A DNA stretch of 64,000 nucleotides, from positions 19,096,001 through 19,160,000 of the forward strand of contig NC_134475.1 in the NCBI RefSeq assembly GCF_964194025.1, given 5' to 3'. This DNA comes from Convolutriloba macropyga (Eukaryota). Below, piece by piece: positions 24,868 through 36,529 of the stretch. Numbering within the stretch: position 1 is the stretch's first letter; every line of letters starts with the position of its first letter. The notes under the pieces are model-generated. The model ran no database searches, was not told where the DNA came from, and worked only from the letters and a program-made list of their open reading frames with translations. A program made the position numbers and the translations under genes.

Positions 24868-27800
24868 CTAAGCCACAGCTAAATTAGTCCAATAAAAAAC
24901 AAAAAAATATAAAAAAAAACTCAAAAAAATTAATTATAATCATCGTGTAGAGTCATCATCTATAAATGCTGTTATAACATTAGAAGAAGAACTCTCCTAT
25001 GTTCAAATTAATTTCTTGAAAAATTTTAAGCGTTGAGCACTAGTTGACACAGGAGCAACAACAAGTGCACTGTCGGAGTCAGTTTATTGGAGCTACAGAA
25101 AAATAGCGTAATAAATTAAAGTTCTTATTGTGAACCAAAATTCAGTCAAGTTAAAACAGCATCAGGCCAAGTAATAAACATTGATAAACAAGTATCAGTC
25201 GATTTGCACATCGGAGACTATAAGTTCACAGAAGATTTCTCAGTGCTACCTGAAATGAATAACATAATTATTGGAAATTCATTTTTCATAAAAAATATCC
25301 AAATTTGTCCTAGATACAAAATACTCAAGTTTGAAGACATATCTGTTCATTTGAATGAAATCAAACCTTTAACAGGCAGACGTAGAATATTGAAACCTTG
25401 TAAGTTCAATTTAACTGCTGCAAGAAAAATAATTATTGAAGCAGTCCCGGAGAGTCTTAGAATGCAAGTTTGAGGACTCACAGCCTGAAATCAAACATTA
25501 TAGTGGAGTCGTTACGCCTCAAAAACAGTTTGAAACAGAAGCAGAGTTATTGGTTAGCTCAGCAATAGTAACAACAACTGAGACAAACACAGTTTTTGTC
25601 TCAGTTATAGATTTCAACACTCACCCAATTACAATAAAAATAAACACGCCAGTAGCACAATTTAAAGTTTTAAACTTCCAGGAGTTACAAAAACTTCAGC
25701 ATGTTAGTTCAGATACTATACAGTTAGCAAAACTGATAGATGAATCAAACTACTTAGCAGAAATTAACAAGTTAATAGAAATACCAAAAGTGCAACAAAT
25801 CGAAAAACCAGCACCAGAATACGAGAAATTTTGGTTTCCAACACCGGAAAACTGTCCAGACATAACCTGTCTATCAAATTGGCAAAAACAGGTATATGAT
25901 AAAATAAGTGAGTACAGAGAAAGAGAAAAAATTAACCCAATACAAAATCAGAGTGATAGGAATGAGTTTTTACAACAATTTTCTTGGCAAGACTCAATCT
26001 TATCAGAAACAGAGCGTAAACAAGTTGAACAACTCCTAGTAGAAAATTTTGACGTATTTGCTAAACACAGATTTGATGTTGGCTACAACTCTGAACTTCA
26101 AATAAAATTGACACCATCATTACTTGTGTTTTTACAAAGCCTTCACACTCCAGTTCATCTTAGAGATGAACTTCTGACTGAAATAGCTTCAATGCACTCT
26201 TTCGGACTAATAACAACCTTGTCAAACTGAAAGTACGGAAGTCCCATTTTTGCCCAACTTAAAGAATCAGGTAAACTCAGCATTCTCATTGGTCTCCGTA
26301 GAATAAACCATTTACTACGAAACGACTACCTAAATTCAAAGTTTCCAATTTCATATGCAAGACGCAGTGAACCAGTTTGCTGGAAAAAAGCTATTCTGTA
26401 AGCTTGATTGCTCTCAAGCTTACCACTGTTTACAGATGGCCGATGATGTTTCTGTACAACTACTATCATTTAACTTCGCATCTCGAATTTACGTCGAAAG
26501 TAAGAAAATAGATAAATTTCTTTCAAAAATGAAAATGCCACAGACCGTAAAGCAGGTAAAGAGATTGATTGGAGTTGTCCAGTTCTTTCCTAGTCATATA
26601 CCTCAGCTAAATGAAATCTTGATACCTTTTTACAAACTTCTCCAAAAGTCAGCATTTTTTTCAACAAGTGATCGTCATCAAGAAGCTTTAGAACAGATAC
26701 GTAATGCCTTGAGGAAAGCAACAACTGTTTTACTCAGATTTCCAAAACCAGGTCTCCATGTTATATTATGTGACGCAAGCTACCATGGAGCTGGATACGT
26801 ACTTTTAGTTGAAGATTATCTGAAAGATGACAAACACAAAGAGCAGAGATTATATGCTCCAGTTTCTTTCGGCTCGAAACTATTTAACAAAGCACAGCTT
26901 AAATTGTCAATCTTCTGCAAAGAATTTTTTGCACTATATTTTGCATTGGAAGAATTTTCTCACTATATTTGGGGAGCAGAAAAGCAAGTTTTAGTTTTCT
27001 CAGATAATAAAAGCCTAACCCAGTTCTTCAAGGCAAGAACATTTCATCCTTCGCTTTGCGGATACTTGGACAGAGTACTAGCGTACAATATTGCCTTAGC
27101 ACACATTCCAGGCAAAGCAAACGTTGCAGCAGACTATATTTCACGAATTCAAACAGACCCTGAAAATGCCATTGAATTGGCAATGTAAGAGAGCATTCCA
27201 GTACGAGAAGTCAAAATATCGTTATCAGCAAAAACACCAGACGTTGCATTGTCAGCTATTACAGAGTTTGAAAATATGTTTGAAAAATCAGAGGATCAAG
27301 TTTTTGACACTGAAATAACCGACAAATTCAAGAAGGAAGGAATTTACGATGCTACGCTTTCACAGTTGAAAAACCAGGGAATCTCAATCAATTCGACGGA
27401 GCCTAGAAGTGATATTATGAAAATTCAGTTTAAGCCGGAAATGAATGCATTAGAATTGCAAAACCCACTGGACTCATTTCCAGACATAGAAAAATTGTCT
27501 AATCCACTATCATTTGTGGAGGAGCAGCAAAAAGACAAAGATATTGTCAAAGTAATAGGGTGGTTAAGCAGAAATGAAGTGGATAACAGCCGTTATTTGT
27601 CATTTGAACTCAGAAAGTATAGGAAGCAGTTTCCACGTCTAATTGTTTGGAATCAAATCCTTTACAGAAATTTTTGACGACACAGGAGAGATTTCAGCCT
27701 ACCAGTTTTGTGTCCCAAAACACCTGAGGAATGAGATCCTCTATCGACTCCATAATTCAAACTTAGTGGTCACATAGGTATCACCAGGACAGTAGCTGAG

Positions 27801-29272
27801 TTTATAAACAGATTTTATTTCCCAGGTTTCACAGAATACCTTATTGGCTATATCCGAAACTGTATAACCTGTTGGCAGTTTAAAACAGCGAAAAACGTTA
27901 CCCTTAGACCGCCACTTCAGCCCCTTCAGAGCAACATTATCCAGGTGATGTAATGCAAATTGGTATCATAGGTCCGTTTGACAGTAATCAAGACAAATTT
28001 GCACTAACTGCAGTCGATGTATTTTCTAAGTACATTTTTGCCATTCCAATTTCAAAAGCAGATGCACCAACAGTAGCAAAGTCCTTAGTTTCCATTTTCT
28101 TCAGACATAGTTACATGCCGTACATGATGATAGCAGATTTAGGCTCAGTTTTTACTTCTGACCTAATGCATGAATTAGTGAGTCTTCTCGAGATCAAACT
28201 AAGACATGCAACCCTTAAACACTATCAGTGGGAGTGGTTGAGCAATCTCACCTTTCCATGAAAAGAATCCTTAGGTTGGATTCAAATCAAACAGGCAGTG
28301 ACTGGCATAAATGGTTAGACATAGGAGTGTTTATACATAACACATCTTACTCTTCAGCTATAGGGTGCTCACCAACCTTAGTCTTTCATGACCGAGAACC
28401 TCATAAACCACTGGTTGTTAGAATTTACATCAAAGCCATTCAAGCAGCCATGCCAAGTTCAGACTTTCTTGATACCTTACAAGATGCAATGACACAACAA
28501 TTTTCTCGAGTCAAAGAGAAACTTGTGACAATGTATCACATGTATAGAAGTTATTACGATGACAAAGCGGAAGCTAAACCTTTAGATTAATTTTCTTATT
28601 GTCCTTTGCTCAATCCGCGCTGAGTAAATCAATCTGATCTTTGTAACAATTTTGTCCAAATTTGGCTCCCGCTATGCAAAGTTGAAAAAGTTCCTACAAA
28701 CTAACTATCTGATCCGAAAAGTTGGAACGCAATTTACGCAATGTGTTCATGAAGTCAGATTACGATCAATAGTACCACAGACCAGAATAGACGATATTGA
28801 TACATTAACAACCAAATTTTTTGCAGACCCAAGTTTGAGCAAATTTAGACAGGAACCTGAACTTTTTGACGAAAAAATTGGGAAATTGTTCGAAGAGTAC
28901 TATGAAGATCGAACAACAAGCAGTAACAAAAACGGTCTTAGCACCCCTTCAGCGCAGGTATATTGGAGTTATCCAATAGGTCATCCAGCACCAGGACTAC
29001 CAAATGGGCCTGGAACACCACCAAGGGCACCAAGTCCCCCAATTTTTTTTGAACCACCGGAAGTACAACCTGACGACGAACCAGTCCTTTTTGTTGACGA
29101 TCCAGCCCCTGCTGAACCATTTGAGGATCTATCAGATGCCCATCGTAGTATTGATGAGTCTGAGGAGCTATTAATAACAATACAAGGCCATAACAATGAT
29201 CAGGATCAAATTGAAAGTCCAAGATCAATAAAATCAAAAATTCACGAGATGCTAACTGGAGCGAGGACCTGA
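24868..29272 (+). pseudogene. pol: pol: protease, dUTPase-fold-like spacer, RT (catalytic centre deleted), RNase H, integrase with Pro-rich tail; multiple stops and frameshifts
   Basis: ALVDTGA (25037); FCKLDCSQAYH; CDASYHGAGYVL, KEFFALYFAL, FSDNKSL, HIPGKANVAADYISR; H..GHIG/CITC zinc finger; VDVFSKY, ADLGSVFTS, GVVEQSH. No YxDD is present between FASRI and VESKKI. Confidence 0.9.
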
Positions 29273-29486
29273 TTCACCGGTCAGCACTACGTCAACTCCT
29301 TCACCAATGGCTGGCAATCATCGTAGGTCGTCGCGCATACCCAAAATGCCAATACCAATCTACACAGAACCAAATATTTCAAAGGAAAAAAAAGTAACAT
29401 TCAAGTAGCCTTCAACTTCGAAGTCAAACAGAGGAGATAGATCTCTTAAAACTCAAACGGTAGATGAAGCGCTGAACAAATTTGGT

Positions 29487-30135
29487 ATGCGAGACTACAG
29501 CTCTATAGGTGATCTAGCAAAAACTATAGAAAGACGTAGAAAAGAAAGGGAAAAGGAGAAAAGAAACACCCCGTCAACTTTGATACAATCAAGTTCAAGT
29601 CAAGATACTTCAAAAAACAAGTCTAAAATATGCAAACCCAGTAGTTCTAGGCAATCGCTGACAAAGGAAGATTATTCTAGCTTTGAGTTGAGCAATATAA
29701 TTTGTTTGAGAGCGGAAATGAAAGAAATAAACGGCAATATTGTACAAAGTACATTGTCTGATCCTTTTTTTCGAATAATTTGTGGCAAAATCTTGCAAAA
29801 TTTTGTCCAGCTTGGTAAATATTGACGTACCAACTAACATTAACCTTGCAGGCGGCTCAATACATGTTCATTACAATAGATACTCGGACCGATTCGTTTA
29901 TAATCCCATCACAAAACAAAAAGTTTCGAAAAATGAGTTGATAGCAAATGTTTACCAATCGCTCATTTTACTAAGAAACCATTTCGTAGAAAATCATTTG
30001 ACCCAAATTTTTGTACCAAGACTAGGCATTGGTCTCGATGCAGTGCCCTGGCATGTAGTGAAGCAAATTTTTCAGAATATCTTTGGACAAACAGCGCTAA
30101 AGGTTGTGATAGTTTTTCCAACAGCGATTATTTGA
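29487..30135 (+). pseudogene. TARG1/OARD1-like macrodomain, copy A (frameshifted)
   Basis: FVYNPITKQK...VYQSLILLRNHFVENHLTQIFVPRLGIGLDAVPWHVVKQIFQNIFGQTALKVVI parallels TARG1 IYYLITKKR...[53 protein letters not shown]. Confidence 0.8.
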
Positions 30136-31224
30136 ACTTGAACATCATATCATGTGTCAATAATTACAGGCAAGTTGTAACATTTGGGCAAATAAAATAT
30201 GAGAAAAACTAACTAAAAAACAAAAACATAACAGAACTGAATTTTTAACCAAACTTTGAAAAGCACACAAGTTACAACTGATAAACAGATGACCCAAAAA
30301 AAGCTCGTGAAACCTTCAACAATATGCCAGGGGGACGAGAGGTGAAAATAAAATGCAAAAGTTTAAGTTAAAAACGCAAGAAAAATGGAATAAACGTCAA
30401 AAGTGCAGAAAAAACGCAAAAAAACCAGTTCTCTATGAAGGAGTAACAGCAGGGCCACCAAACTTTATCACCATCTGCACCAATTGTTCTTGTGCCTGCC
30501 AAGTTTGCTCAATTTTGAACCAATAGTTGAGAAGTGAATGCGTTTTTTTAATTAGGCCGAAAAATGGGAAAACTTGATTCTCAATTTTTTTTCATGGGCT
30601 ATTTTCCCAACTTATCACACTAGGGTTAAAAAAATTAGCCTGGAGTCCCAACTATAACCATACTGAGAGGAATTGGGGATAAAAAAGTCCTATCTATCAT
30701 GCATTAGGAGAACTGACCACCAGAAATCGCCAAAAATCAGACTCCAAAAAATGCGATTTTTTCTCAATGAAAAGGTAGCCCTAAAAAACTGAATAATAAA
30801 TCACCGTCTCTGACTACACTCAAATTAAGTATTCACATCGATACCTAACTGCATGCAAAAAATTTCAACGAAATTCGAATTATTTAGCAAGTTATAGACC
30901 TTTCGTGGTCAAAAATTTTTACACATCAAAAATCGTCGTTCTGGCTGAAATTTCATATCTTTATGAGGAGATGAATATGCTTGTTTGGCGTCTGTTATTT
31001 AGCTTAGAACTAAATTTTATTGATACAGAAACAATGCCGCATAGTTAGAAGGTCCACAGAAGTGAATTTTTTGAGTTTTGAACATTAATTGAACATTCAT
31101 TTTTTAACACCTAAAATTAGGCCAAAAATGCACAAATTGCAAGTTATTTAACAAGTTAGAGCCTCAAACGACGGCAGTTCTCTACTATTACCATGCATTT
31201 GAGCTGCTACTTTGTGGAAAACCG

Positions 31225-32071
31225 TTAAAAATGACATTGAGGTGAAATACATGAGACAAAAGTGACAACAAAGTAATAGATTATTGATGAAAAAATTAAA
31301 TAAATAAAGTAGCTTACAAGTAGAGTAGTTATAACGCCTTGCGAACGCTGTATCTCACGCTGCTTTTGTAATCTTTCTTGAGCTATACCTGGCCAAGCCA
31401 TTTTTTGATCCTTAGGGCTAATAAAAGTAGATACAGACAAAAGACATGTCCATTGATCGGGCCGAGCAATTGTTAAAACGCAGTGATATTGCCCGAAGGG
31501 TAAATAGACTGTATCGCCAGGTAACTGCCACCCTTGAACTGCATAGTCTTTGAAATAATCAAGCTGGTGAATTGAGCTGCTGGGATTTTCGCTGAAACGC
31601 TCTAGATTTGCAGCCATTTTACATGGGTTAAGAAAAACCCAGAACCTTTTTCCTGTACCATGCAACGTGATGAAAGCATCACAGGGATCTTCCCAATCAC
31701 AATGAAAGTTTGTGTACTGAGCTCCGGCACTTAGGATATTGAAACCGATGGACCAAGGACTCAGGGTAAACCCATGCGGCAACTGACAGTTAAGAAAATT
31801 GTGTTGAGTAGTCTTTAAGACACAATGATTGTTGTCTTTTGTCCTGAAAAATCCAGTTTTCTTATCATTACATGTAAACTTTGAAAGCACTGTACTGAAC
31901 TTTTTTGCACCGTAATTTGCTCTCTAAATAGCAAAAATAACTGAATATCAACTCAAACATTGAGGTGTTAAAACAAAGAATTAATGAAGTTTTTATTTAA
32001 AAAAAAAGCAAAAAGAAACATCAATATTTTTGTCCTGATATTTCACCAAAGGTTCCCGAATAATGAAAGGT
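31225..32071 (-). pseudogene. JmjC dioxygenase gene, copy A (5'-truncated at the duplication junction)
   Basis: YTNFHCD...GTGKRFWVFL...QLPGDTVYLPFGQYHCVLT (HxD...H triad). Confidence 0.8.
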
Positions 32072-33094
32072 ACCTTTCTTGATACCTTACAAGATGCAAT
32101 GACAACAATTTTCTCGAGTCAAAGAGAAACTTGTCACAATGTATCACATGTATAGAAGTTATTACGATGACAAAGCGGAAGCTAAACCTTTAGATTAATT
32201 TTCTTATTGTCTTTTGCTCAATCCGCGCTGAGTAAATCAATCTGATCTTAGTCACAATTTTGTCCAAATTTGGGTCCCGCTATGCAAAGTTGAAAAAGTT
32301 CCTACAAACTAACTATCTGATCCGAAAAGTTGGAACGCAATTTACGCAATGTGTTCATGAAGTCAGATTACGATCAATAGTACCACAGACCAGAATAGAC
32401 GATATTGATACATTAACAACCAAATTTTTTGCAGACCCAAGTTTGAGCAAATTTAGACAGGAACCTGAACTTTTTGACGAAAAAATTGGGAAATTGTTCG
32501 AAGAGTACTATGAAGATCGAACAACAAGCAGTAACAAAAACGGTCTTAGCACCCCTTCAGCGCAGGTATATTGGAGTTATCCAATAGGTCATCCAGCACC
32601 AGGACTACCAAATGGGCCTGGAACACCACCAAGGGCACCAAGTCCCCCAATTTTTTTTGAACCACCGGAAGTACAACCTGACGACGAACCAGTCCTTTTT
32701 GTTGACGATCCAGCCCCTGCTGAACCATTTGAGGATCTATCAGATGCCCATCGTAGTATTGATGAGTCTGAGGAGCTATTAATAACAATACAAGGCCATA
32801 ACAATGATCAGGATCAAATTGAAAGTCCAAGATCAATAAAATCAAAAATTCACGAGATGCTAACTGGAGCGAGGACCTGATTCACCGGTCAGCACTACGT
32901 CAACTCCTTCACCAGTGGCTAGCAATCATCGTAGGTCGTCGCGCATACCCAAAATGCCAATACCAATCTACACAGAACCAAAAATTTCAAAGGAAAAAAA
33001 AGTAACATTCAAGTAGCCTTCAACTTCGAAGTCAAACAGAGGAGATAGATCTCTTAAAACTCAAACGGTAGATGAAGCGCTGAACAAATTTGGT

Positions 33095-33745
33095 ATGCGA
33101 GACTACAGCTCTATAGGTGATCTAGCAAAAACTATAGAAAGACGTAGAAAAGAAAGGGAAAAGGAGAAAAGAAACACCCCGTCAACTTTGATACAATCAA
33201 GTTCAAGTCAAGATACTTCAAAAAACAAGTCTAAAATATGCAAACCCAGTAGTTCTAGGCAATCGCTGACAAAGGAAGATTATTCTAGCTTTGAGTTGAG
33301 CAATATAATTTGTTTGAGAGCGGAAATGAAAGAAATAAACGGCAATATTGTACAAAGTACATTGTCTGATCCATTTTTTTCGAATAATTTGTGGCAAAAT
33401 CTTGCAAAATTTTGTCCCAGCTTGGTAAATATTGACGTACCAACTAACATTAACCTTGCAGGCGGCTCAATACATGTTCATTACAATAGATACTCGGACC
33501 GATTCGTTTATAATCCCATCACAAAACAAAAAGTTTCGAAAAATGAGTTGATAGCAAAAGTTTACCAATCGCTCATCTTACTAAGAAACCATTTCGTAGA
33601 AAATCATTTGACCCAAATTTTTGTACCAAGACTAGGCATTGGTCTCGATGCAGTGCCCTGGCATGTAGTGAAGCAAATTTTTCAGAATATCTTTGGACAA
33701 ACAGCGCTAAAGGTTGTGATAGTTTTTCCAACAGCGATTATTTGA
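33095..33745 (+). CDS. TARG1/OARD1-like macrodomain ORF, copy B (open, 216 aa)
   Basis: Same motifs as copy A (ITK, PRLGIGLD..PW) in one uninterrupted frame. Confidence 0.78.
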   Translation: MRDYSSIGDLAKTIERRRKEREKEKRNTPSTLIQSSSSQDTSKNKSKICKPSSSRQSLTKEDYSSFELSNIICLRAEMKEINGNIVQSTLSDPFFSNNLWQNLAKFCPSLVNIDVPTNINLAGGSIHVHYNRYSDRFVYNPITKQKVSKNELIAKVYQSLILLRNHFVENHLTQIFVPRLGIGLDAVPWHVVKQIFQNIFGQTALKVVIVFPTAII

Positions 33746-34927
33746 ACTTGAACATCATATCATGTGTCAATAATTACAGGCAAGTTGTAACATTTGGGCA
33801 AATAAAATATGAGAAAAACTAACTAAAAAACAAAAACATAACAGAACTGAATTTTTAACCAAACTTTGAAAAGCACACAAGTTACAACTGATAAACAGAT
33901 GACCCAAAAAAAGCTCGTGTAACCTTCAACAATATGCCAGGGGGACGAGAGGTGAAAATAAAATGCAAAAGTTTAAGTTAAAAACGCAAGAAAAATGGAA
34001 TAAACGTCAAAAGTGCAGAAAAAACGCAAAAAAACCAGTTCTCTATGAAGGAGTAACAGCAGGGCCACCAAACTTTATCACCATCTGCACCAATTGTTCT
34101 TGTGCCTGCCAAGTTTGCTCAATTTTGAACCAATAGTTGAGAAGTGAATGCGTTTTTTTTAATTAGGCCGAAAAATGGGAAAACTTGATTCTCAATTTTT
34201 TTTCATGGGCTATTTTCCCAACTTATCACACTAGGGTTAAAAAAATTGGCCTGGAGTCCCAACTATAACCATACTGAGAGGAATTGGGGATAAAAAAGTC
34301 CTATCTATCATGCATTAGGAGAACTGACCACCAGAATTCGCCAAAAATCAGACTCCAAAAAATGCGATTTTTTCTCAATGAAAAGGTAGCCCTAAAAAAC
34401 TGAATAATAAATCATCGTCTCTGACTACACTCAAATTAAGTTCACATCGATACCTAACTGCATGCAAAAAATTTCAACGAAATTCGAATTATTTAGCAAG
34501 TTATAGACCTTTCGTGGTCAAAAATTTTTACACATCAAAAATCGTCGTTCTGGCTGAAATTTCATATCTTTATGAGGAGATGAATATGCTTGTTTGGCGT
34601 CTGTTATTTAGCTTAGAACTAAATTTTATTGATACAGAAACAATGCCGCATAGTTAGAAGGTCCACAGAAGTGAATTTTTTGAGTTTTGAACATTAATTG
34701 AACATTCATTTTTTAACACCTAAAATTAGGCCAAAAATGCACAAATTGCAAGTTATTTAACAAGTTAGAGCCTCAAACGACGGCAGTTCTCTACTATTAC
34801 TATGCATTTGAGCTGCTACTTTGTGGAAAACCGTTAAAAATGACATTGAGGTGAAATACATGAGACAAAAGTGACAACAAAGTAATAGATTATTGATGAA
34901 AAAAATTAAATAAATAAAGTAGCTTAC

Positions 34928-35809
34928 AAGTAGAGTAGTTATAACGCCTTGCGAACGCTGTATCTCACGCTGCTTTTGTAATCTTTCTTGAGCTATACCT
35001 GGCCAAGCCATTTTTTGATCCTTAGGGCTAATAAAAGTAGATACAGACAAAAGACATGTCCATTGATCGGGCCGAGCAATTGTTAAAACGCAGTGATATT
35101 GCCCGAAGGGTAAATAGACTGTATTGCCAGGTAACTGCCACCCTTGAACTGCATAGTCTTTGAAATAATCAAGCTGATGAATTGAGCTGCTGGGAGTTTC
35201 GCTGAAAGGCTCTAGATTTGCAGCCATTTTACATGGGTTAAGAAAAACCCAGAACCTTTTTCCTGTACCATGCAACGTGATGAAAGCATCACAGGGATCT
35301 TCCCAATCACAATGAAAGTTTGTGTACTGAGCTCCGGCACTTAGGATATTGAAATCGATGGACCAAGGACTCAGGGTAAACCCATGCGGCAACTGACAGT
35401 TAAGAAAATCGTGTTGAGTAGTCTTTAAGACACAATGATTGTTCTCTTTTGTCCCGAAAAATCCAGTTTTCTTATCATTACACGTGAACTTTGAAAGCAC
35501 TGTACTGAACTTTTTTGCACCGTAATTTGCTCTCTAAATAGCAAAAATAACTGAATATCAACTCAAACATTGAGGTGTTAAAACAAAGAATTAATGAAGT
35601 TTTTATTTAAAAAAAAGGCAAAAAGAAACATCAATATTTTTGTCCTGATATTTCACCAAAGGTTCCCGAATAATGAAAGGTCTTCCACGTAAAACTTGAG
35701 AGCCAAGACCTTCATCAACTTGTTGAATTTGCTCAGAGAGCTTAGATAACACAGGGCTAAGATCCATGCAATCTGAAGTCAGCAGTACGGATGAAAAGAT
35801 AGACTTTAT
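34928..35809 (-). CDS. Spliced antisense JmjC dioxygenase gene, copy B: exons 35809-35657 and 35533-34928, further exons likely
   Basis: Phase-0 GT-AG intron 35656-35534 (TTG|GTGAAA...TATTTAG|AGA) joins ...LRGRPFIIREPL to RANYGAKKFSTVLSK...YTNFHCD...GKRFW...PGNTVYLPFGQYHCVLT. Acceptor ATTTAG precedes 35809; donor CTT|GTAAGC follows 34928. Confidence 0.75.
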
Positions 35810-36041
35810 CTAAATAGGCCAAGTGGGTAAACAAAAGTGAGACAAGTTCCACAAATTAATTAGAATAACCACACATTAAACTCAAACTGACGCCTTTTAG
35901 AATTCATTGCTTCTGAATTATAATGCACAAAACCAAAACTGTGCGTTAAATAACAACTAGAAAACAACACAAGTAACATTAGTTTTAAGTACTTGCTAGA
36001 AATAACTCAAATCCTTAAGTAATTGCCTGTATACAGTGGAG

Positions 36042-36329
36042 TCATTTGCTGTACTGTGGAGTCATTAAACATCTCCTGTAAGCGCTCTCTGTTTCCTGAT
36101 TAGATTCATGAACGCAACAAATAGAATGGAGATCGGAATCAAAACAAATGAATTGATCCACGAAAAATCTTAAGTACCCTTCCAGAATTGAAACTTCCGA
36201 AGCTGTTCGGGGGCAAATAGAGGGAACTGTTTCACTGAATGATAAAATGCCATCAGGAATTGACCACGCAAAAGTGCCATTGGGGCGGCAAAGCAAACCA
36301 AATTGTCCCAAACTTATGTTGAAACACAT
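36042..36329 (-). CDS. Possible upstream exon of the JmjC gene or separate antisense ORF
   Basis: 95-aa ATG-initiated ORF on the same strand just upstream, separated by an AT-rich intron-like stretch. No clean splice join found. Confidence 0.3.
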   Translation of the reverse strand: MCFNISLGQFGLLCRPNGTFAWSIPDGILSFSETVPSICPRTASEVSILEGYLRFFVDQFICFDSDLHSICCVHESNQETESAYRRCLMTPQYSK

Positions 36330-36529
36330 TTCCGAACTGAAAAACTCCTTTTGAAATTAGCTATGAATATTTGCAAAACAGAGTAAAAGTCATTAACCAA
36401 AACATTCACACAAAAGAGACGATAAAAACAAAGAGCACAATCGTGAAGATTTTGCATTACAAAATCAGCTTATAGAATTAAAACAAAAAAGTAAAAGCCT
36501 CATCTAACTCAAAAGGGACACATTTAATT

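Larger units (their letters stand above)
28464..35681. repeat. Internal tandem duplication of ~3.61 kb (A: 28464-32071; B: 32074-35681)
   Basis: Identical ORFs at offsets of 3608-3610 (28652/32260, 29487/33095, 31890/35500). Confidence 0.95.

Noticed and set aside
1456-33745. Functional link between the host TIR protein and the element's macrodomain (Thoeris-like NAD/ADPR system)
   Set aside because: The macrodomain belongs to an independently inserted retroelement about 26 kb away; proximity is most simply coincidental.
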